Part shown: piece by piece, positions 31,895 to 42,753 of the stretch
How positions within the stretch are numbered: position 1 is the first letter of the stretch
How the letters are laid out: each line of letters begins with the position of its first letter
Source of the DNA: Nautiliaceae bacterium
Lineage (GTDB): Bacteria > Campylobacterota > Campylobacteria > Campylobacterales > Nautiliaceae
Length of the DNA: 55,108 nt
Reading direction: 5' to 3'
NCBI GenBank assembly: GCA_027063595.1
Contig: JAMORJ010000128.1
Span: forward strand, 1 to 55,108
The notes under the pieces: generated by a model
The model's database searches: none
The model's input: only the letters and a program-made list of their open reading frames with translations
Told to the model about the DNA's origin: nothing
Translations under genes and position numbers: made by a program

Positions 31895-33280
31895 TTAAAA
31901 AACCTCAAAATTAGCTAAAAATTTTGAAATTCTTTTTTTAACTTCATCCTTTCCTAGTACGCTAAGAAGCGCAGATAAATCTATCCCTTTTGTATCTCCT
32001 ACCATACAAATTCTAAGAGGAGGCATCAGGGCTTTTGGCTTAATCCCTTTTAAATTTAAAAATTCATTCATTACTTCATGCCATTCAGGCGGCAATTTTG
32101 GGTTTTTATCATTTAAAAATACCAAAAATTCTCTAAGATTTGAAATTACTTCATCATTTATAAATTTCTTAACAGCTTTTTCGTCATAAGAATTTGGAGG
32201 AGTCAAAATCTTTTGAATTTCTTGAGCCATTTCTTTTAAAGTTTTTACTCTCTCTTTTAATTCATCAATTAAAATCTCTTTTTTATCGTGATCTTCTATA
32301 TCAACCTCAAAATCTTCTTTAAGAAGTTTTATTAATCTTTCATTTGGAGAATTTTTAATATAGTGAGAATTTAGCCAATTTAGCTTCTCTTTATCAAATC
32401 TACTTGGTGCTTTATTGATATCTTTTGGATCAAATAGTTTTATCATTTCTTCAATACTAAAAATCTCTTGATCTCCATAAGACCACCCAAGTCTAACCAA
32501 AAAATTTAAAAGAGCTTCTGGCAAATACCCTTCTTTTTTATACTCCATAACATCAACCGCACCATCTCTTTTTGAAAGTTTTGCTCCCTTTTCATTATGA
32601 ATCATTGGAACATGATAAAATTTTGGCACATCCCAACCAAAAGCTTTATAAAGCAAAATTTGTTTAAAAGTATTTCTTAAATGATCATCTCCTCTTATTA
32701 TATCACTTATCTCCATTTCATGATCATCGACTACCACAACAAAATTATAAGTAGGAGTTCCATCGCTTCTTAAAATTACAAAATCTTCAATTTCCTCTAA
32801 TTTTACACATTGCTTACCTTTTACGCCATCTTCAAAACAAAGTTCTCCCGTTAATGGAGTTTTAAACCTTACAACATACGGTTTATCAAGTTCCCCTTTA
32901 AAATCTCTATACTTTCTAATATCAATTGGCGGCTCTTCGCCTTTTCTTTTTGCTTCTCTAATAATTTCAAGTTCTTCTTTTGTTAAATAACACTTATAAG
33001 CAAGCCCTTTTTTTAAGAGATCATTAATATACTTTTTATAAACATCAAATCTTTTACTTTGAAAAACTACTTCTTCATCCCAATCTAAATTAACCCACTT
33101 AAAAGCTTTTAAAATAGCTTCAACTGCTTCTTGTTTATTTCTCTCAAGATCTGTATCTTCGATTCTTAATCTAAATTTTCCATTGTTTTTTCTTGCCCAA
33201 AGCCAATTAAAAAGAGCGGTTCTAAGCCCTCCTATATGCAAATAACCAGTCGGACTTGGAGCAAAACGAGTAACTACCAT
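31895..33280 (-). CDS. gltX: glutamate--tRNA ligase (GluRS1-like)
   Basis: TRFAPSPTGYLHIGG, IRGDDH, KLSKR. Confidence 0.98.
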   Translation of the reverse strand: MVVTRFAPSPTGYLHIGGLRTALFNWLWARKNNGKFRLRIEDTDLERNKQEAVEAILKAFKWVNLDWDEEVVFQSKRFDVYKKYINDLLKKGLAYKCYLTKEELEIIREAKRKGEEPPIDIRKYRDFKGELDKPYVVRFKTPLTGELCFEDGVKGKQCVKLEEIEDFVILRSDGTPTYNFVVVVDDHEMEISDIIRGDDHLRNTFKQILLYKAFGWDVPKFYHVPMIHNEKGAKLSKRDGAVDVMEYKKEGYLPEALLNFLVRLGWSYGDQEIFSIEEMIKLFDPKDINKAPSRFDKEKLNWLNSHYIKNSPNERLIKLLKEDFEVDIEDHDKKEILIDELKERVKTLKEMAQEIQKILTPPNSYDEKAVKKFINDEVISNLREFLVFLNDKNPKLPPEWHEVMNEFLNLKGIKPKALMPPLRICMVGDTKGIDLSALLSVLGKDEVKKRISKFLANFEVF

Positions 33281-33282
33281 TT

Positions 33283-34440
33283 TTATCCTTTTTTTTGAAA
33301 TTGTATCTTATTTATAAACTTAACTCCAAACATTACAACCACAACTTCAACCACAGAAGTTACTACAAGTACAATGTATTCTTTATTGCTTATATAATGA
33401 TAATCCTTTGCAATCGTAGCCGTAGCGATTAAAAGAGTTAAAGGCATTGATAAAGACAACCCAAAAAGAACGGAATTTTTAAATTTTAATTCTTTAAAAA
33501 AGACAAAAGAAGAAATAATTCTAACCAAAATCATAATTACGCTCAAACACGCTACCTCTTTTAACATAACAAAATCAAAACTTTTTAAATTTATACTACT
33601 TCCAACATATACAAAAAATATGGTAATTAAAAATCCAAATCCAAAAGGAGCAAGTTTATGTTCTAATTTATAGTTATGATCAAAAAAAGTTTTTAAAAAA
33701 ACTCCAACGATAAAAGCCCCAAGCACGGCATCCATTTTTAAATATAAAAGCACCGCAATCATAATAAAAAACAAGCTAAAAGCGATTCTAACATCTTGAT
33801 AATATTTATCGGTATTTGGCATTAGATAATGTTTTAATTTTGGAAACCACCAAAAAAGAGTTCTTGACATAGCAAACAAAAACCCCATAAAAACCAAAAA
33901 CATTATTAAAACACCGATATTTATCAAAAGCTTTTGCGAAAATCCATACTTAATATATCCACTAATAAGAGTTAACATCAATATCGAAACAAGCTCTCCT
34001 ATAATTCCAACTGTTAAAGCCAAACTTAGCCAATTAGTTTTACCAATCTCTTGCTGAATTGAAAGCAAAAGTCCAACAGATATCAAAGAAAAAATAATTA
34101 CGTAAATAATTCCATATCCAAATAGCGTTGCGCTCCAAAATGATAATAAATACAAAAGCCCCAGAAAGAAAAATGTTTTTTTAAAAATGGACTTTTTAAT
34201 TTTTAAAAGATCTTTTAAATTTACTTCCATTCCAGCAAGAAGCATCAAAAATAAAAATCCCCCTTCAGCCAAAAGTTTAAAATATTCGTTGTAAATATTT
34301 ACAAACCCCAAATTTCCAAGCAAAACTCCAAGCAAAATCTCAACTACTGCAATAGGAAACTTAAACTTATTGCTTATAAAAGGAGAAATTAATAAAACAA
34401 TCGATAAAGAAATCATTAATACTATTTCATTAACATGCAT
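33283..34440 (-). CDS. cation:proton antiporter (CPA2 family)
   Basis: About 12 TMs, LMLLAGMEV, LGAFIVG, IFFVYVG. Confidence 0.88.
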   Translation of the reverse strand: MHVNEIVLMISLSIVLLISPFISNKFKFPIAVVEILLGVLLGNLGFVNIYNEYFKLLAEGGFLFLMLLAGMEVNLKDLLKIKKSIFKKTFFFLGLLYLLSFWSATLFGYGIIYVIIFSLISVGLLLSIQQEIGKTNWLSLALTVGIIGELVSILMLTLISGYIKYGFSQKLLINIGVLIMFLVFMGFLFAMSRTLFWWFPKLKHYLMPNTDKYYQDVRIAFSLFFIMIAVLLYLKMDAVLGAFIVGVFLKTFFDHNYKLEHKLAPFGFGFLITIFFVYVGSSINLKSFDFVMLKEVACLSVIMILVRIISSFVFFKELKFKNSVLFGLSLSMPLTLLIATATIAKDYHYISNKEYIVLVVTSVVEVVVVMFGVKFINKIQFQKKG

Positions 34441-35254
34441 TAGCTATCCTATACCCGTTTTTTATTAGAATTTCTAAATCTTTATCGGGTTTTTCTCCTT
34501 TTGTAGTTAAATAATCTCCTATTACAATTGAATTAGCACCCGCTTTAAGTCCATCAATCCAGTCATTCCCAAAAACTTTTTCCCTTCCTCCTGCAAGCAT
34601 TAAAATTTGAGGATTAATTTCCTTTTTTATTTGCTTAATAACATCAATTGCCATTTTTCTATCCCATGTAGCCTTAAGAGGCAAACGAGGATTTTCGATA
34701 AAAAAATTAACGGGCACGCCTTGCGGTTTTAACTCTTTTAAAGATTTAATTAACGAATTTCTATCCTCAATACTCTCCCCCATCCCAAAAATTCCCCCAC
34801 AACAAAGTTTAAGCCCAACGCTTTTAACGTTTTCACAAGTAACATATCTCTCTTGCCATGTGTGAGTTGTGCAAATTTGCAAATAATAATTTTCACTTGT
34901 TTCAAGATTGTGATTGTAAATTTTAACTCCCGTTTTTTTTAATTCTTTTAGAGCTTCCTTACTGGCAAGTCCGTTACACGCAATAATAGAAATATCAACT
35001 TCTTTTAAAATAGCTTTTGTAGCTACACATACACACTCAAGCGTATTATCATCAAGATCTTTTCCGCTTGTTACCAAACAAAACCCAGCCGCCTTGTTTT
35101 TTTTGGCAAGTTTTGCTTCTTTTACAATTTCGTTAATTTCTTTTTGCTTATACCTTTTTATATCAACTCCCCACTTAACACTTTGAGTACAAAACTTGCA
35201 ATCTTCTTTACAAACACCAGATCTAATATTTGAGATTGCACAAAGATATATCAT
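34430..35254 (-). CDS. bioB: biotin synthase (short Campylobacterota form)
   Basis: Radical SAM CKEDCKFC, YNHNLET, GGIFGMGES, AGGRE, GDYLTT. Confidence 0.96.
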   Translation of the reverse strand: MIYLCAISNIRSGVCKEDCKFCTQSVKWGVDIKRYKQKEINEIVKEAKLAKKNKAAGFCLVTSGKDLDDNTLECVCVATKAILKEVDISIIACNGLASKEALKELKKTGVKIYNHNLETSENYYLQICTTHTWQERYVTCENVKSVGLKLCCGGIFGMGESIEDRNSLIKSLKELKPQGVPVNFFIENPRLPLKATWDRKMAIDVIKQIKKEINPQILMLAGGREKVFGNDWIDGLKAGANSIVIGDYLTTKGEKPDKDLEILIKNGYRIANAC

Positions 35255-35779
35255 TTAAGAGCCTTTTATTTCAAATTCTTTAATTCTCTTTTTCCATTCG
35301 GTAGTTTTAATTTTTCTATAAAAAAGAGTTACTACATATTTATTTTCTTCGATATCAAGCGTCATACAAGTAGAAAATCCATGATCTCTTGCGCACACCT
35401 CACCCGGATTTAATATTAAATTTTTTCCATTAAAACTAATATCTACATCGTGAGTGTGCCCATATACGATAATATCGGTATCCAAAGGAAACATATAGGT
35501 TGGATGATGCATTAATTTCCATGTTTTGTTAGCCAGTTTAAAATAATAAGGTTCATTTACCAAATTAAATTTATCTACTAAATTACATAAATGATAATCG
35601 TTATTTCCCAAAACAGCTACATATTTTAAATTTTTGCTCTCAATATATTCTAACAACTCCACTCTTACAATATCTCCGGCATGAAGTAAAAACTCGATTT
35701 TTTCTTCTACCAACAAATCAATTACTTTTTTTGCTCTACCAAGCTTTTTATGAGTATCGCTAATTATTCCTATCTTCAT
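35255..35779 (-). CDS. YfcE-family metallophosphoesterase
   Basis: SDTH, HAGD, GNND, GHTH, NPG. Confidence 0.9.
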   Translation of the reverse strand: MKIGIISDTHKKLGRAKKVIDLLVEEKIEFLLHAGDIVRVELLEYIESKNLKYVAVLGNNDYHLCNLVDKFNLVNEPYYFKLANKTWKLMHHPTYMFPLDTDIIVYGHTHDVDISFNGKNLILNPGEVCARDHGFSTCMTLDIEENKYVVTLFYRKIKTTEWKKRIKEFEIKGS

Positions 35780-35806
35780 TTAATGCCTTTTTAATAACTA
35801 AGATTT

Positions 35807-37987
35807 TCAAAAAAACTCCTTATCTTCTTTATGTTTACATTTAATACACTCATAAACCTCTTTTCCCCTATAAGTTCTTTCTGCCATCAAATAACCGCAT
35901 TTACTGCATCTTTTATCCACTGGAAGATATTTTGAAATAAAATTACATTCCGGATAATTACTACATCCATAAAATTCGCCTCTTTTTGAATTTCTTTTTA
36001 TTATATCTCCTCCGCATTCAGGACATTTAACTTTATCAATCACTTCAGGAGGATTTAAAGGTTTAGTATTCTTACAATCAGGATAATTACTACATGCTAA
36101 AAATTCTCCGCTTTTACCTTTTTTTACAACCATAAACGCACCGCATTTATCGCATTTTATGTCGGTTACTTTTTCTTCTTTTTCAATAGCTCTTGTATAT
36201 TTACATTTTGGATAAGCACTACATGCAATAAATTCTCCAAATCTCCCTTTCCTAATTACCAACGGCGAATTACATTCAGGACAAAGCTCTCCTATTGGTT
36301 TTGCGATTTTTTGAGAAGGAATTTCTTTATCTTTTTTCTTTATTAGTTCTTCAAATGGAAAATAAAATTCTCTTAACATCTCTTGCCAATCTTTATTTCC
36401 ATTTGCTATTTCATCAAGCATTTCTTCCATATTTGCCGTAAAATTAGCATCTACAATATCGCTAAAATGTTTTTCTAGCGTCTCAATAACGTTAAAAGCA
36501 ATTTGTGTTGGATGTAATTTTTTATCCTTAATTTCTACATAGTTTCTATTTTGAAGCAAAGTAATAGTTGGAGCATATGTCGAAGGTCTTCCAATTCCAA
36601 GAGATTCAAGTTTTTTAATAAGAGTAGCCTCGCTATATCTCTCAGGAGGTTTTGTAAAATGTTGAGTAAATTTAACTTCTTTTGGCTTTATTCTTTCGCC
36701 TTCTTTAAATTCAGGCAAAAGCTCATCTTTATTTGGAGTTCCATATATTTTATAATATCCATCAAAAACAAGCCTTCTACCACTAAGCTTAAACTCTCCT
36801 TTTTCGTGTTCAAAAAACACATTTTGAACTTCAAATTCCGCATCTTTCATTTGACTTGCCAGAAATCTTCTATAAATTAAATCATAAAGCTTCCATTCAT
36901 CTTTAGTTAAATAATTTTTTAACTCTTCTGGAGAAAGTTCTATAATAGTTGGTCTAATAGCTTCATGAGCTTCTTGAGCAGAAGTAGATTTTGTTTTATA
37001 TGTTTTAGCTTGAGCGTATTCTTCTCCAAACTTTTTCTTAATAACTTCAATTGCTTTTTCCTGAGCTTCTTTTGCTATATTTAAACTATCCGTTCTCATA
37101 TAAGTAATTATTCCGCTCTCTCCTATTGGCGTTTTTACTCCCTCATACAGCCTTTGAGCAATTTGCATCGTTTTTCTTGGAGAAAATCCAAGAAGCGAAC
37201 TTGCCGCTTGTTGAAGAGTTGAGGTCATAAAAGGAGCCGGAGATTTGGAGATACTTTTTTTCTTTTCGATTTTTACCTCATATTCAAAATCTTTTAAATT
37301 TTTAGCAATTTCTTCAGCTTCTTTTTTTGTTTTTATATCAAGTTTTTCAAGTTTTTTTCCGTTATACTTAACTAAATTTGCTTCTTTTTCCTTAAAAATT
37401 CCCTCAATCGTATAATATTCTTGCGGTTTAAATTCTTTTATTTCCCTTTCTCTATCAATCACAAGTTTTAAAGCCGCACTCTGAACTCTTCCAGCAGAGA
37501 GTCCTTTTTGAATTTTTTTTGCAAGAAGAGGACTTAATTTATAACCTACAATTCTATCAAGAAGTCTTCTTGCTTGTTGAGCGTTAACTCTATTAATATC
37601 AAGTTTTCTTGGATTTTTAAGCGCTTCTTTTATTGCACTTTTGGTGATTTCGTGAAATACGATTCTTGGAAGCTCATCGGGATTTTTTCCAATAACATGC
37701 GCTATATGAAATCCTATAGCTTCACCTTCTCTATCTTCATCCGTAGCTATATACACAACATCTGCTTTTTTAGCTTTTTCTTTTAATTCCTTTGCTACGC
37801 TTTGATGATCTTTTGTTACGCGATATTGAGGAATAAACTTATCATCTTCTATTTTTATACCAAAACTACTCTTTGGCAAATCTCTAATATGTCCCTTACT
37901 TGCAACAACTTCATAATCTTTACCCAAAAAATTTTTAATGGTTTTTGCTTTAGCTGGAGATTCTACTATTATCAATTTCTTACCCAA
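35807..37987 (-). CDS. topA: DNA topoisomerase I
   Basis: TOPRIM VESPAK and DEDREGE, SAGRVQS, active-site ITYMRTDS, C-terminal Cys zinc ribbons. Confidence 0.99.
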   Translation of the reverse strand: MGKKLIIVESPAKAKTIKNFLGKDYEVVASKGHIRDLPKSSFGIKIEDDKFIPQYRVTKDHQSVAKELKEKAKKADVVYIATDEDREGEAIGFHIAHVIGKNPDELPRIVFHEITKSAIKEALKNPRKLDINRVNAQQARRLLDRIVGYKLSPLLAKKIQKGLSAGRVQSAALKLVIDREREIKEFKPQEYYTIEGIFKEKEANLVKYNGKKLEKLDIKTKKEAEEIAKNLKDFEYEVKIEKKKSISKSPAPFMTSTLQQAASSLLGFSPRKTMQIAQRLYEGVKTPIGESGIITYMRTDSLNIAKEAQEKAIEVIKKKFGEEYAQAKTYKTKSTSAQEAHEAIRPTIIELSPEELKNYLTKDEWKLYDLIYRRFLASQMKDAEFEVQNVFFEHEKGEFKLSGRRLVFDGYYKIYGTPNKDELLPEFKEGERIKPKEVKFTQHFTKPPERYSEATLIKKLESLGIGRPSTYAPTITLLQNRNYVEIKDKKLHPTQIAFNVIETLEKHFSDIVDANFTANMEEMLDEIANGNKDWQEMLREFYFPFEELIKKKDKEIPSQKIAKPIGELCPECNSPLVIRKGRFGEFIACSAYPKCKYTRAIEKEEKVTDIKCDKCGAFMVVKKGKSGEFLACSNYPDCKNTKPLNPPEVIDKVKCPECGGDIIKRNSKRGEFYGCSNYPECNFISKYLPVDKRCSKCGYLMAERTYRGKEVYECIKCKHKEDKEFF

Positions 37988-38015
37988 AACAATCCCTTTT
38001 TTGCGAAATTATATC

Positions 38016-39131
38016 TTAACTTAATCTATCTCTAAAATCTTCGTAATGAAACTCTCTTGATACAAAAAAGCTTCCATTTTTTCTTTTAATTACGATACTT
38101 GGCAATCTAACTCCATTAAACGCCGTATTCTTAACATAAGTATAAATAGCCATGTCTTCAAAAATTATTCTATCTCCTACTTTAAGAGGCTCATCAAAGC
38201 TATAATCCCCTATCACATCCCCAGCAAGACAAGTCACTCCTCCTAATCTATAAGTATATTTTTTCTCTCCCGGTTTTCCAGCACCTCTAACATTTGGTCG
38301 ATATGGCATGGCAAGAACATCCGGCATATGAGCTTCAGCGGAAGTATCAAGAATTGCTATTTTCATTCCATTATCAATAATATCCAAAACTTCCGCTTCA
38401 AGATAACCGGCATTAAGCCCAACTGCTTCTCCAGGCTCGAGATATACATCTTTTATGTTTGGATACCTATTTCTAAACTCCTTAATTAATCTAATTAAAT
38501 TATCAACATTATACCCTTCTCTTGTAATATGATGTCCTCCGCCAAAATTTACCCATTCCATATCTTTAATATATTCTCCAAAATTTTTTTCAAATCCTTC
38601 TAAAACTTTCTCAAGAGCCGTATCAAGCTGTTCGCAAAGTGCGTGAAAATGAAGACCCGATACGTTTTTTAACTTATCAGCTTTAAAGTTTTCTTTTGTA
38701 ATTCCAAGACGAGAGTATGGAGCGCATGGATCATATAAAGGCACTGGAGAACTTGAAACTCCAGGATTTACCCTAAGCCCAATTTCAGCTTTTGATTTTA
38801 CCCTATCTTCAAATCGCTCCAACTGATTAAAACTATTAAAAACAACCGTATGAGAAATATTCGCTACCTCATCAATTTCATCTTCCTTAAAAGCAGGACA
38901 ATAAGTATGCACTTCCCAAGGTTTCATATTAGCAAGTTTTGCTTCCCAAAGTCCACTTGCCGTAGCTCCAGCTAAATACTTTTCAAGCAAATCAAAAGTA
39001 GACCAAGCCGCATATCCTTTTAAAGCTACAAGTATTTTACAATTTGCTTCTTTTTGAACTCTATCTAAAATTTTTAAATTTTTCTCTAATTTTTCTTCTT
39101 CAATTACATACATCGGAGTTTTTAATTTCAT
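38016..39131 (-). CDS. nspC: carboxynorspermidine/carboxyspermidine decarboxylase
   Basis: ALKGY, GLRVNP...YDPCAPYSRLG, HFHALCEQ, NFGGGHHIT, HMPDVLAMPY, CLAGD. Confidence 0.95.
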   Translation of the reverse strand: MKLKTPMYVIEEEKLEKNLKILDRVQKEANCKILVALKGYAAWSTFDLLEKYLAGATASGLWEAKLANMKPWEVHTYCPAFKEDEIDEVANISHTVVFNSFNQLERFEDRVKSKAEIGLRVNPGVSSSPVPLYDPCAPYSRLGITKENFKADKLKNVSGLHFHALCEQLDTALEKVLEGFEKNFGEYIKDMEWVNFGGGHHITREGYNVDNLIRLIKEFRNRYPNIKDVYLEPGEAVGLNAGYLEAEVLDIIDNGMKIAILDTSAEAHMPDVLAMPYRPNVRGAGKPGEKKYTYRLGGVTCLAGDVIGDYSFDEPLKVGDRIIFEDMAIYTYVKNTAFNGVRLPSIVIKRKNGSFFVSREFHYEDFRDRLS

Positions 39132-39156
39132 TTACTTCCTTTTTAGTGGAATTATA

Positions 39157-40353
39157 TTAAATTACCCTATCATAAACTAAAACATCAATCATTTCACCAG
39201 CTTTTAATTTATACAAACCTTCTTTTAAACACATCAAAGCCTTATTCCCAATTAAATTTGTCAAGATTCCACTACTTCCTTGCTTTTTGCCTCTTACATC
39301 AACTACAAACTCTCCTTCAAAATCAATATTAACCGCTACGAATTGATATTTTTTAAATTTTTTTTCAAAATCATCTCTTAATTTTGCCTTTATTTTTTTT
39401 ATTACTTTTTTACCCTCAAGGCTCTCTAAAATAGGCACAACATATAAAAGAAAAGTTACAAACGAACTATAAGGAAATCCAGGAAGAGAAATAATGTATT
39501 TTTCTTTTGCCTTTGCCAACATTACCCACTGCCCTGGTTTTATATTAACTCCATGAAACAAAACTTCAAACTCTCCCGTAATTTCTTTTACGAAATCAAA
39601 ATCTCCTACGCTCACTCCTCCCGTAGTTACTACTACATCGCTTGTTTTAAGAGCATCTATTATTTTTTCTTTAATAGATTTTTTATTATCACCTACAATC
39701 CCTAAATTTATTGCCTCAAATCCAAAACTTCTTGCCAAAGCCGTTAAAGTATAGTTATTTGAGCTTCTAATTTGTCCCATTTCAAAATCACTATCTAAAT
39801 CCACAATTTCTTCACCCGTTGCTAAAACACTAACTACCGGCTTTTTAACCACACTAACTACAGGTATTCCAAGAGAAGCCAAAACTCCAATTTCTCCAGC
39901 TTTAAGAACAGTTCCTTTTTTTATTAAAACTTCTCCTTTTTTAAAGTCTTCTCCAATTGGTCTGACGGCATGATATTTTGGAACTTTTTCTTTAACAATT
40001 AACTTATTTCCTTTAATTTCCACATTTTCAATTGGAACGAGAGTATCAGCATTCTCCGGCATAAAAGAACCAGTATAAGTTTTAATGGCTTCACATTCGT
40101 TTATTTTAGTAAATTTAAAACTTCCAGCAGGATTTTTACCTATTAGTTTTATTTCTTTATCTTGATCTTCAAACCTTATAGCATATCCATCCATACTTGC
40201 GGTTTCTTTATAAGGATTATCATATTTTGAAACAACATCTTCTGCTAAAACCCTATTTAGGGCATTTTCCAAAAATACTCTCTCGCTTCCTTTACTTTTT
40301 GGCAAAACTGAATTTAAGATATTAATTGATTCTTCAAAACTAATATGCGCCAT
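39157..40353 (-). CDS. moeA: molybdopterin molybdotransferase
   Basis: ASMDGYA, TGEE, TTGGVSVGDFD, IKPG, LPGFP. Confidence 0.96.
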   Translation of the reverse strand: MAHISFEESINILNSVLPKSKGSERVFLENALNRVLAEDVVSKYDNPYKETASMDGYAIRFEDQDKEIKLIGKNPAGSFKFTKINECEAIKTYTGSFMPENADTLVPIENVEIKGNKLIVKEKVPKYHAVRPIGEDFKKGEVLIKKGTVLKAGEIGVLASLGIPVVSVVKKPVVSVLATGEEIVDLDSDFEMGQIRSSNNYTLTALARSFGFEAINLGIVGDNKKSIKEKIIDALKTSDVVVTTGGVSVGDFDFVKEITGEFEVLFHGVNIKPGQWVMLAKAKEKYIISLPGFPYSSFVTFLLYVVPILESLEGKKVIKKIKAKLRDDFEKKFKKYQFVAVNIDFEGEFVVDVRGKKQGSSGILTNLIGNKALMCLKEGLYKLKAGEMIDVLVYDRVI

Positions 40354-40791
40354 CTACTCTCCTTTACTCAAAATCCCGGCATTAGGAAGTTTTTTAGCTC
40401 TTTCTTTAACAAAAATTCTTTTCCCTTCTTTTAAATCGTATTTCCAAATTGGAGCATTTGCTTTAAAATCTTCCACAAACTCCTCGAGATATTTAAAACC
40501 TTCTTTTCTGTGTTTCGTAAATACCGCACACAAAAAACTACTCTCGCCAACTTTTACATCTCCAAAACTATGAGCCATCATAATTTTTACATCAGGTAAA
40601 TTAGCCCACTTCTTAAACCACTCATTAAGCATTGGAAGATACAAATCAAAACTAAGCCCATCTATCCCATTTTCAGCTCTTACAATTCCAATAAACGGAA
40701 TCATAGCTCCATAACCTTCAAACTTAAACTCTTCATACCACCTCTCAAGCGTAGGAATTACAGGAATTCCTCCTTTAAAAATTTCTACCAT
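40354..40791 (-). CDS. moaE: molybdopterin synthase catalytic subunit
   Basis: FIGIVR, HSFGDV, HRKEG, KANAPIWK. Confidence 0.93.
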   Translation of the reverse strand: MVEIFKGGIPVIPTLERWYEEFKFEGYGAMIPFIGIVRAENGIDGLSFDLYLPMLNEWFKKWANLPDVKIMMAHSFGDVKVGESSFLCAVFTKHRKEGFKYLEEFVEDFKANAPIWKYDLKEGKRIFVKERAKKLPNAGILSKGE

Positions 40792-40808
40792 CGTATCTCC
40801 TTAAATTT

Positions 40809-41030
40809 TTATCCCCCACAAACTGGCGGTAAAATAACAACTTTATCTCCATCTTTTAACTCAACATCTAAGCTACTTACTATCTTATCGTTTACAGCCA
40901 CGGCACACTCTTTTAACCACTTTGACATTTCTTCATTCTTATTTAGAAGTTCTTTTAACTCTTTTAAATTTTTAACATCAACTTCCATTGGCTCTTTTTC
41001 AATAGGCCCTAAAAACTCTACTCTTACCAT
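40809..41030 (-). CDS. moaD: molybdopterin synthase sulfur carrier
   Basis: 73-aa ubiquitin-like protein ending PPVCGG, next to moaE. Confidence 0.93.
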   Translation of the reverse strand: MVRVEFLGPIEKEPMEVDVKNLKELKELLNKNEEMSKWLKECAVAVNDKIVSSLDVELKDGDKVVILPPVCGG

Positions 41031-41070
41031 CCTAACCCTTTATGCTAAAATTTCATAAAAAAGGCTAACT

Positions 41071-41685
41071 ATGAAAATAGGTCACATCGATTATTTAAAT
41101 TTATTGCCATTTTACCAATTTTTAAAGAAAAAAAACATTAAAATCACAAAAGGTGTTCCAACCGAAATTAATAAATTATTTGAAGAAAAAAAAATAGAAG
41201 CAGCTTTTATCTCATCCATTAAAGCCAAAAACAAAAAATGTTTTAGCGCAGGCATTGCCGCGAAAAAAAAAGTAAAAACGGTTCTTATTTGTAAAGGAAA
41301 AGGAGAAGATAGCGAATCGGCAACATCCAACGCTTTAGCAAAAATTTTAAAACAAAAAGGAAAAGTAGTAATCGGCGATAAAGCTTTTAGAGAAAAAAAC
41401 TGCATAGACTTAGCGGAAATTTGGTATAAAAATTATAAACTTCCCTTTGTTTTTGCCCTATTTTGCGCAAATAAAAATCCCAAAAAATACGAAAAACTAA
41501 TAAAAGAATTTTTATCAAAAAAGCAAAAAATCCCTTATTACGTTTTAAAAAATTACTCTCAAAAAATCGGAATTAGCTACAAAGAAGCAAAAGAGTATCT
41601 TGAAAAAATCATTTATTACAAAATCGGTTGGAAAGAGAAAAAAGCCTTAAAAATTTTTTGGAAAAAAGTAGAAAAACTACCTTAA
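41071..41685 (+). CDS. mqnA: chorismate dehydratase MqnA (futalosine menaquinone pathway)
   Basis: GHIDYLNLLP, SATSN, IGDKA, DLAEIW...LPFVFA; TGCTAAAAT promoter at 41043-41051. Confidence 0.88.
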   Translation: MKIGHIDYLNLLPFYQFLKKKNIKITKGVPTEINKLFEEKKIEAAFISSIKAKNKKCFSAGIAAKKKVKTVLICKGKGEDSESATSNALAKILKQKGKVVIGDKAFREKNCIDLAEIWYKNYKLPFVFALFCANKNPKKYEKLIKEFLSKKQKIPYYVLKNYSQKIGISYKEAKEYLEKIIYYKIGWKEKKALKIFWKKVEKLP

Positions 41686-42753
41686 ATAAATTTTTTTAAT
41701 ATACTCAAGTCTTCTTGTCATATTAAGAAGCATCATATCCAAAACAACGCAAGCAGCCATTGCTTCCACAACCACCAAACCTCTAATAGCAACAATTGGA
41801 TCGTGTCTTCCTTTTAAATTAACCTCAACTTCGTTTCCATAAATATCAATCGATTTTTGAGGTTTAAAAATTGATGGAGTAGGCTTAAAATAAATTTCAA
41901 CTTCTACATCCTCTCCGTTACTAATTCCTCCAAGCACTCCTCCAGCATTATTGCTTAAAAATCCATCTTTATTTATTTCATCGTTATTTTCAACTCCGGT
42001 TAGTTTATGAGCGATAGGATTTCCTATATATATTCCCTTTACAGCGTTAATACTTAAAATTGCACTTGCCAATACATTATCAAGCTTATAATAAATAGGT
42101 TCTCCAAGTCCTATTGGAAGATTTTCTATTTTTAACTTTACCACTCCTCCAAGAGAATTATGCTCTTCTCTTGCCTTATCAATCAATTCAATCCATTTTT
42201 TTTCTACTTTTTCATTTGCTGCAAAAATTAAAGAAGTTTTTGAATACTCAAAATCTACTTCTTCACTCCTAATACCTCCAATTTCTACTACCGCACTTTT
42301 TATTTTTATATCAAATTCTCTTAAAACCATTTTAGCAATCGCCCCAGCAGCAACTCTTGCCGCCGTTTCTCTTGCCGAACTTCTTCCTCCTCCCCTATAA
42401 TCTCTAATTCCGTATTTATGCCAATAAGTAAAATCGGCATGACCCGGACGAAAAACGTCTTTAACGTTTGAATAATCCTTTGATTTTTGATCCTTATTAA
42501 AAATTATTATAGATATAGGAGTTCCAGTAGTTTTACCTTCAAAAACACCGCTTAAAATCTCTGGAACATCATCTTCTTTTCTCTGAGTGGCAAAACGATT
42601 TTTACCGGGTTTGCGCCTTTGAAGTTCGCTAATTAAAAATTCCTCATCAAAATCAACTCCAGCTGGAACCCCATCAACCACAACTCCAATGGCTTTTCCA
42701 TGAGACTCACCAAATGTGGTAAATCTAAAAATTTCCCCAAAACTATTAAACAT
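41677..42753 (-). CDS. aroC: chorismate synthase
   Basis: TTFGESHG, RPGHAD, GGGRSSARET, KPTPSI, GRHDP. Confidence 0.99.
   Translation of the reverse strand: MFNSFGEIFRFTTFGESHGKAIGVVVDGVPAGVDFDEEFLISELQRRKPGKNRFATQRKEDDVPEILSGVFEGKTTGTPISIIIFNKDQKSKDYSNVKDVFRPGHADFTYWHKYGIRDYRGGGRSSARETAARVAAGAIAKMVLREFDIKIKSAVVEIGGIRSEEVDFEYSKTSLIFAANEKVEKKWIELIDKAREEHNSLGGVVKLKIENLPIGLGEPIYYKLDNVLASAILSINAVKGIYIGNPIAHKLTGVENNDEINKDGFLSNNAGGVLGGISNGEDVEVEIYFKPTPSIFKPQKSIDIYGNEVEVNLKGRHDPIVAIRGLVVVEAMAACVVLDMMLLNMTRRLEYIKKIYLR

Noticed and set aside
34430-35254. BioB looks N-terminally truncated
   Set aside because: Short ~280-aa BioB is normal for this phylum; the gene abuts its upstream neighbour and all motifs are present
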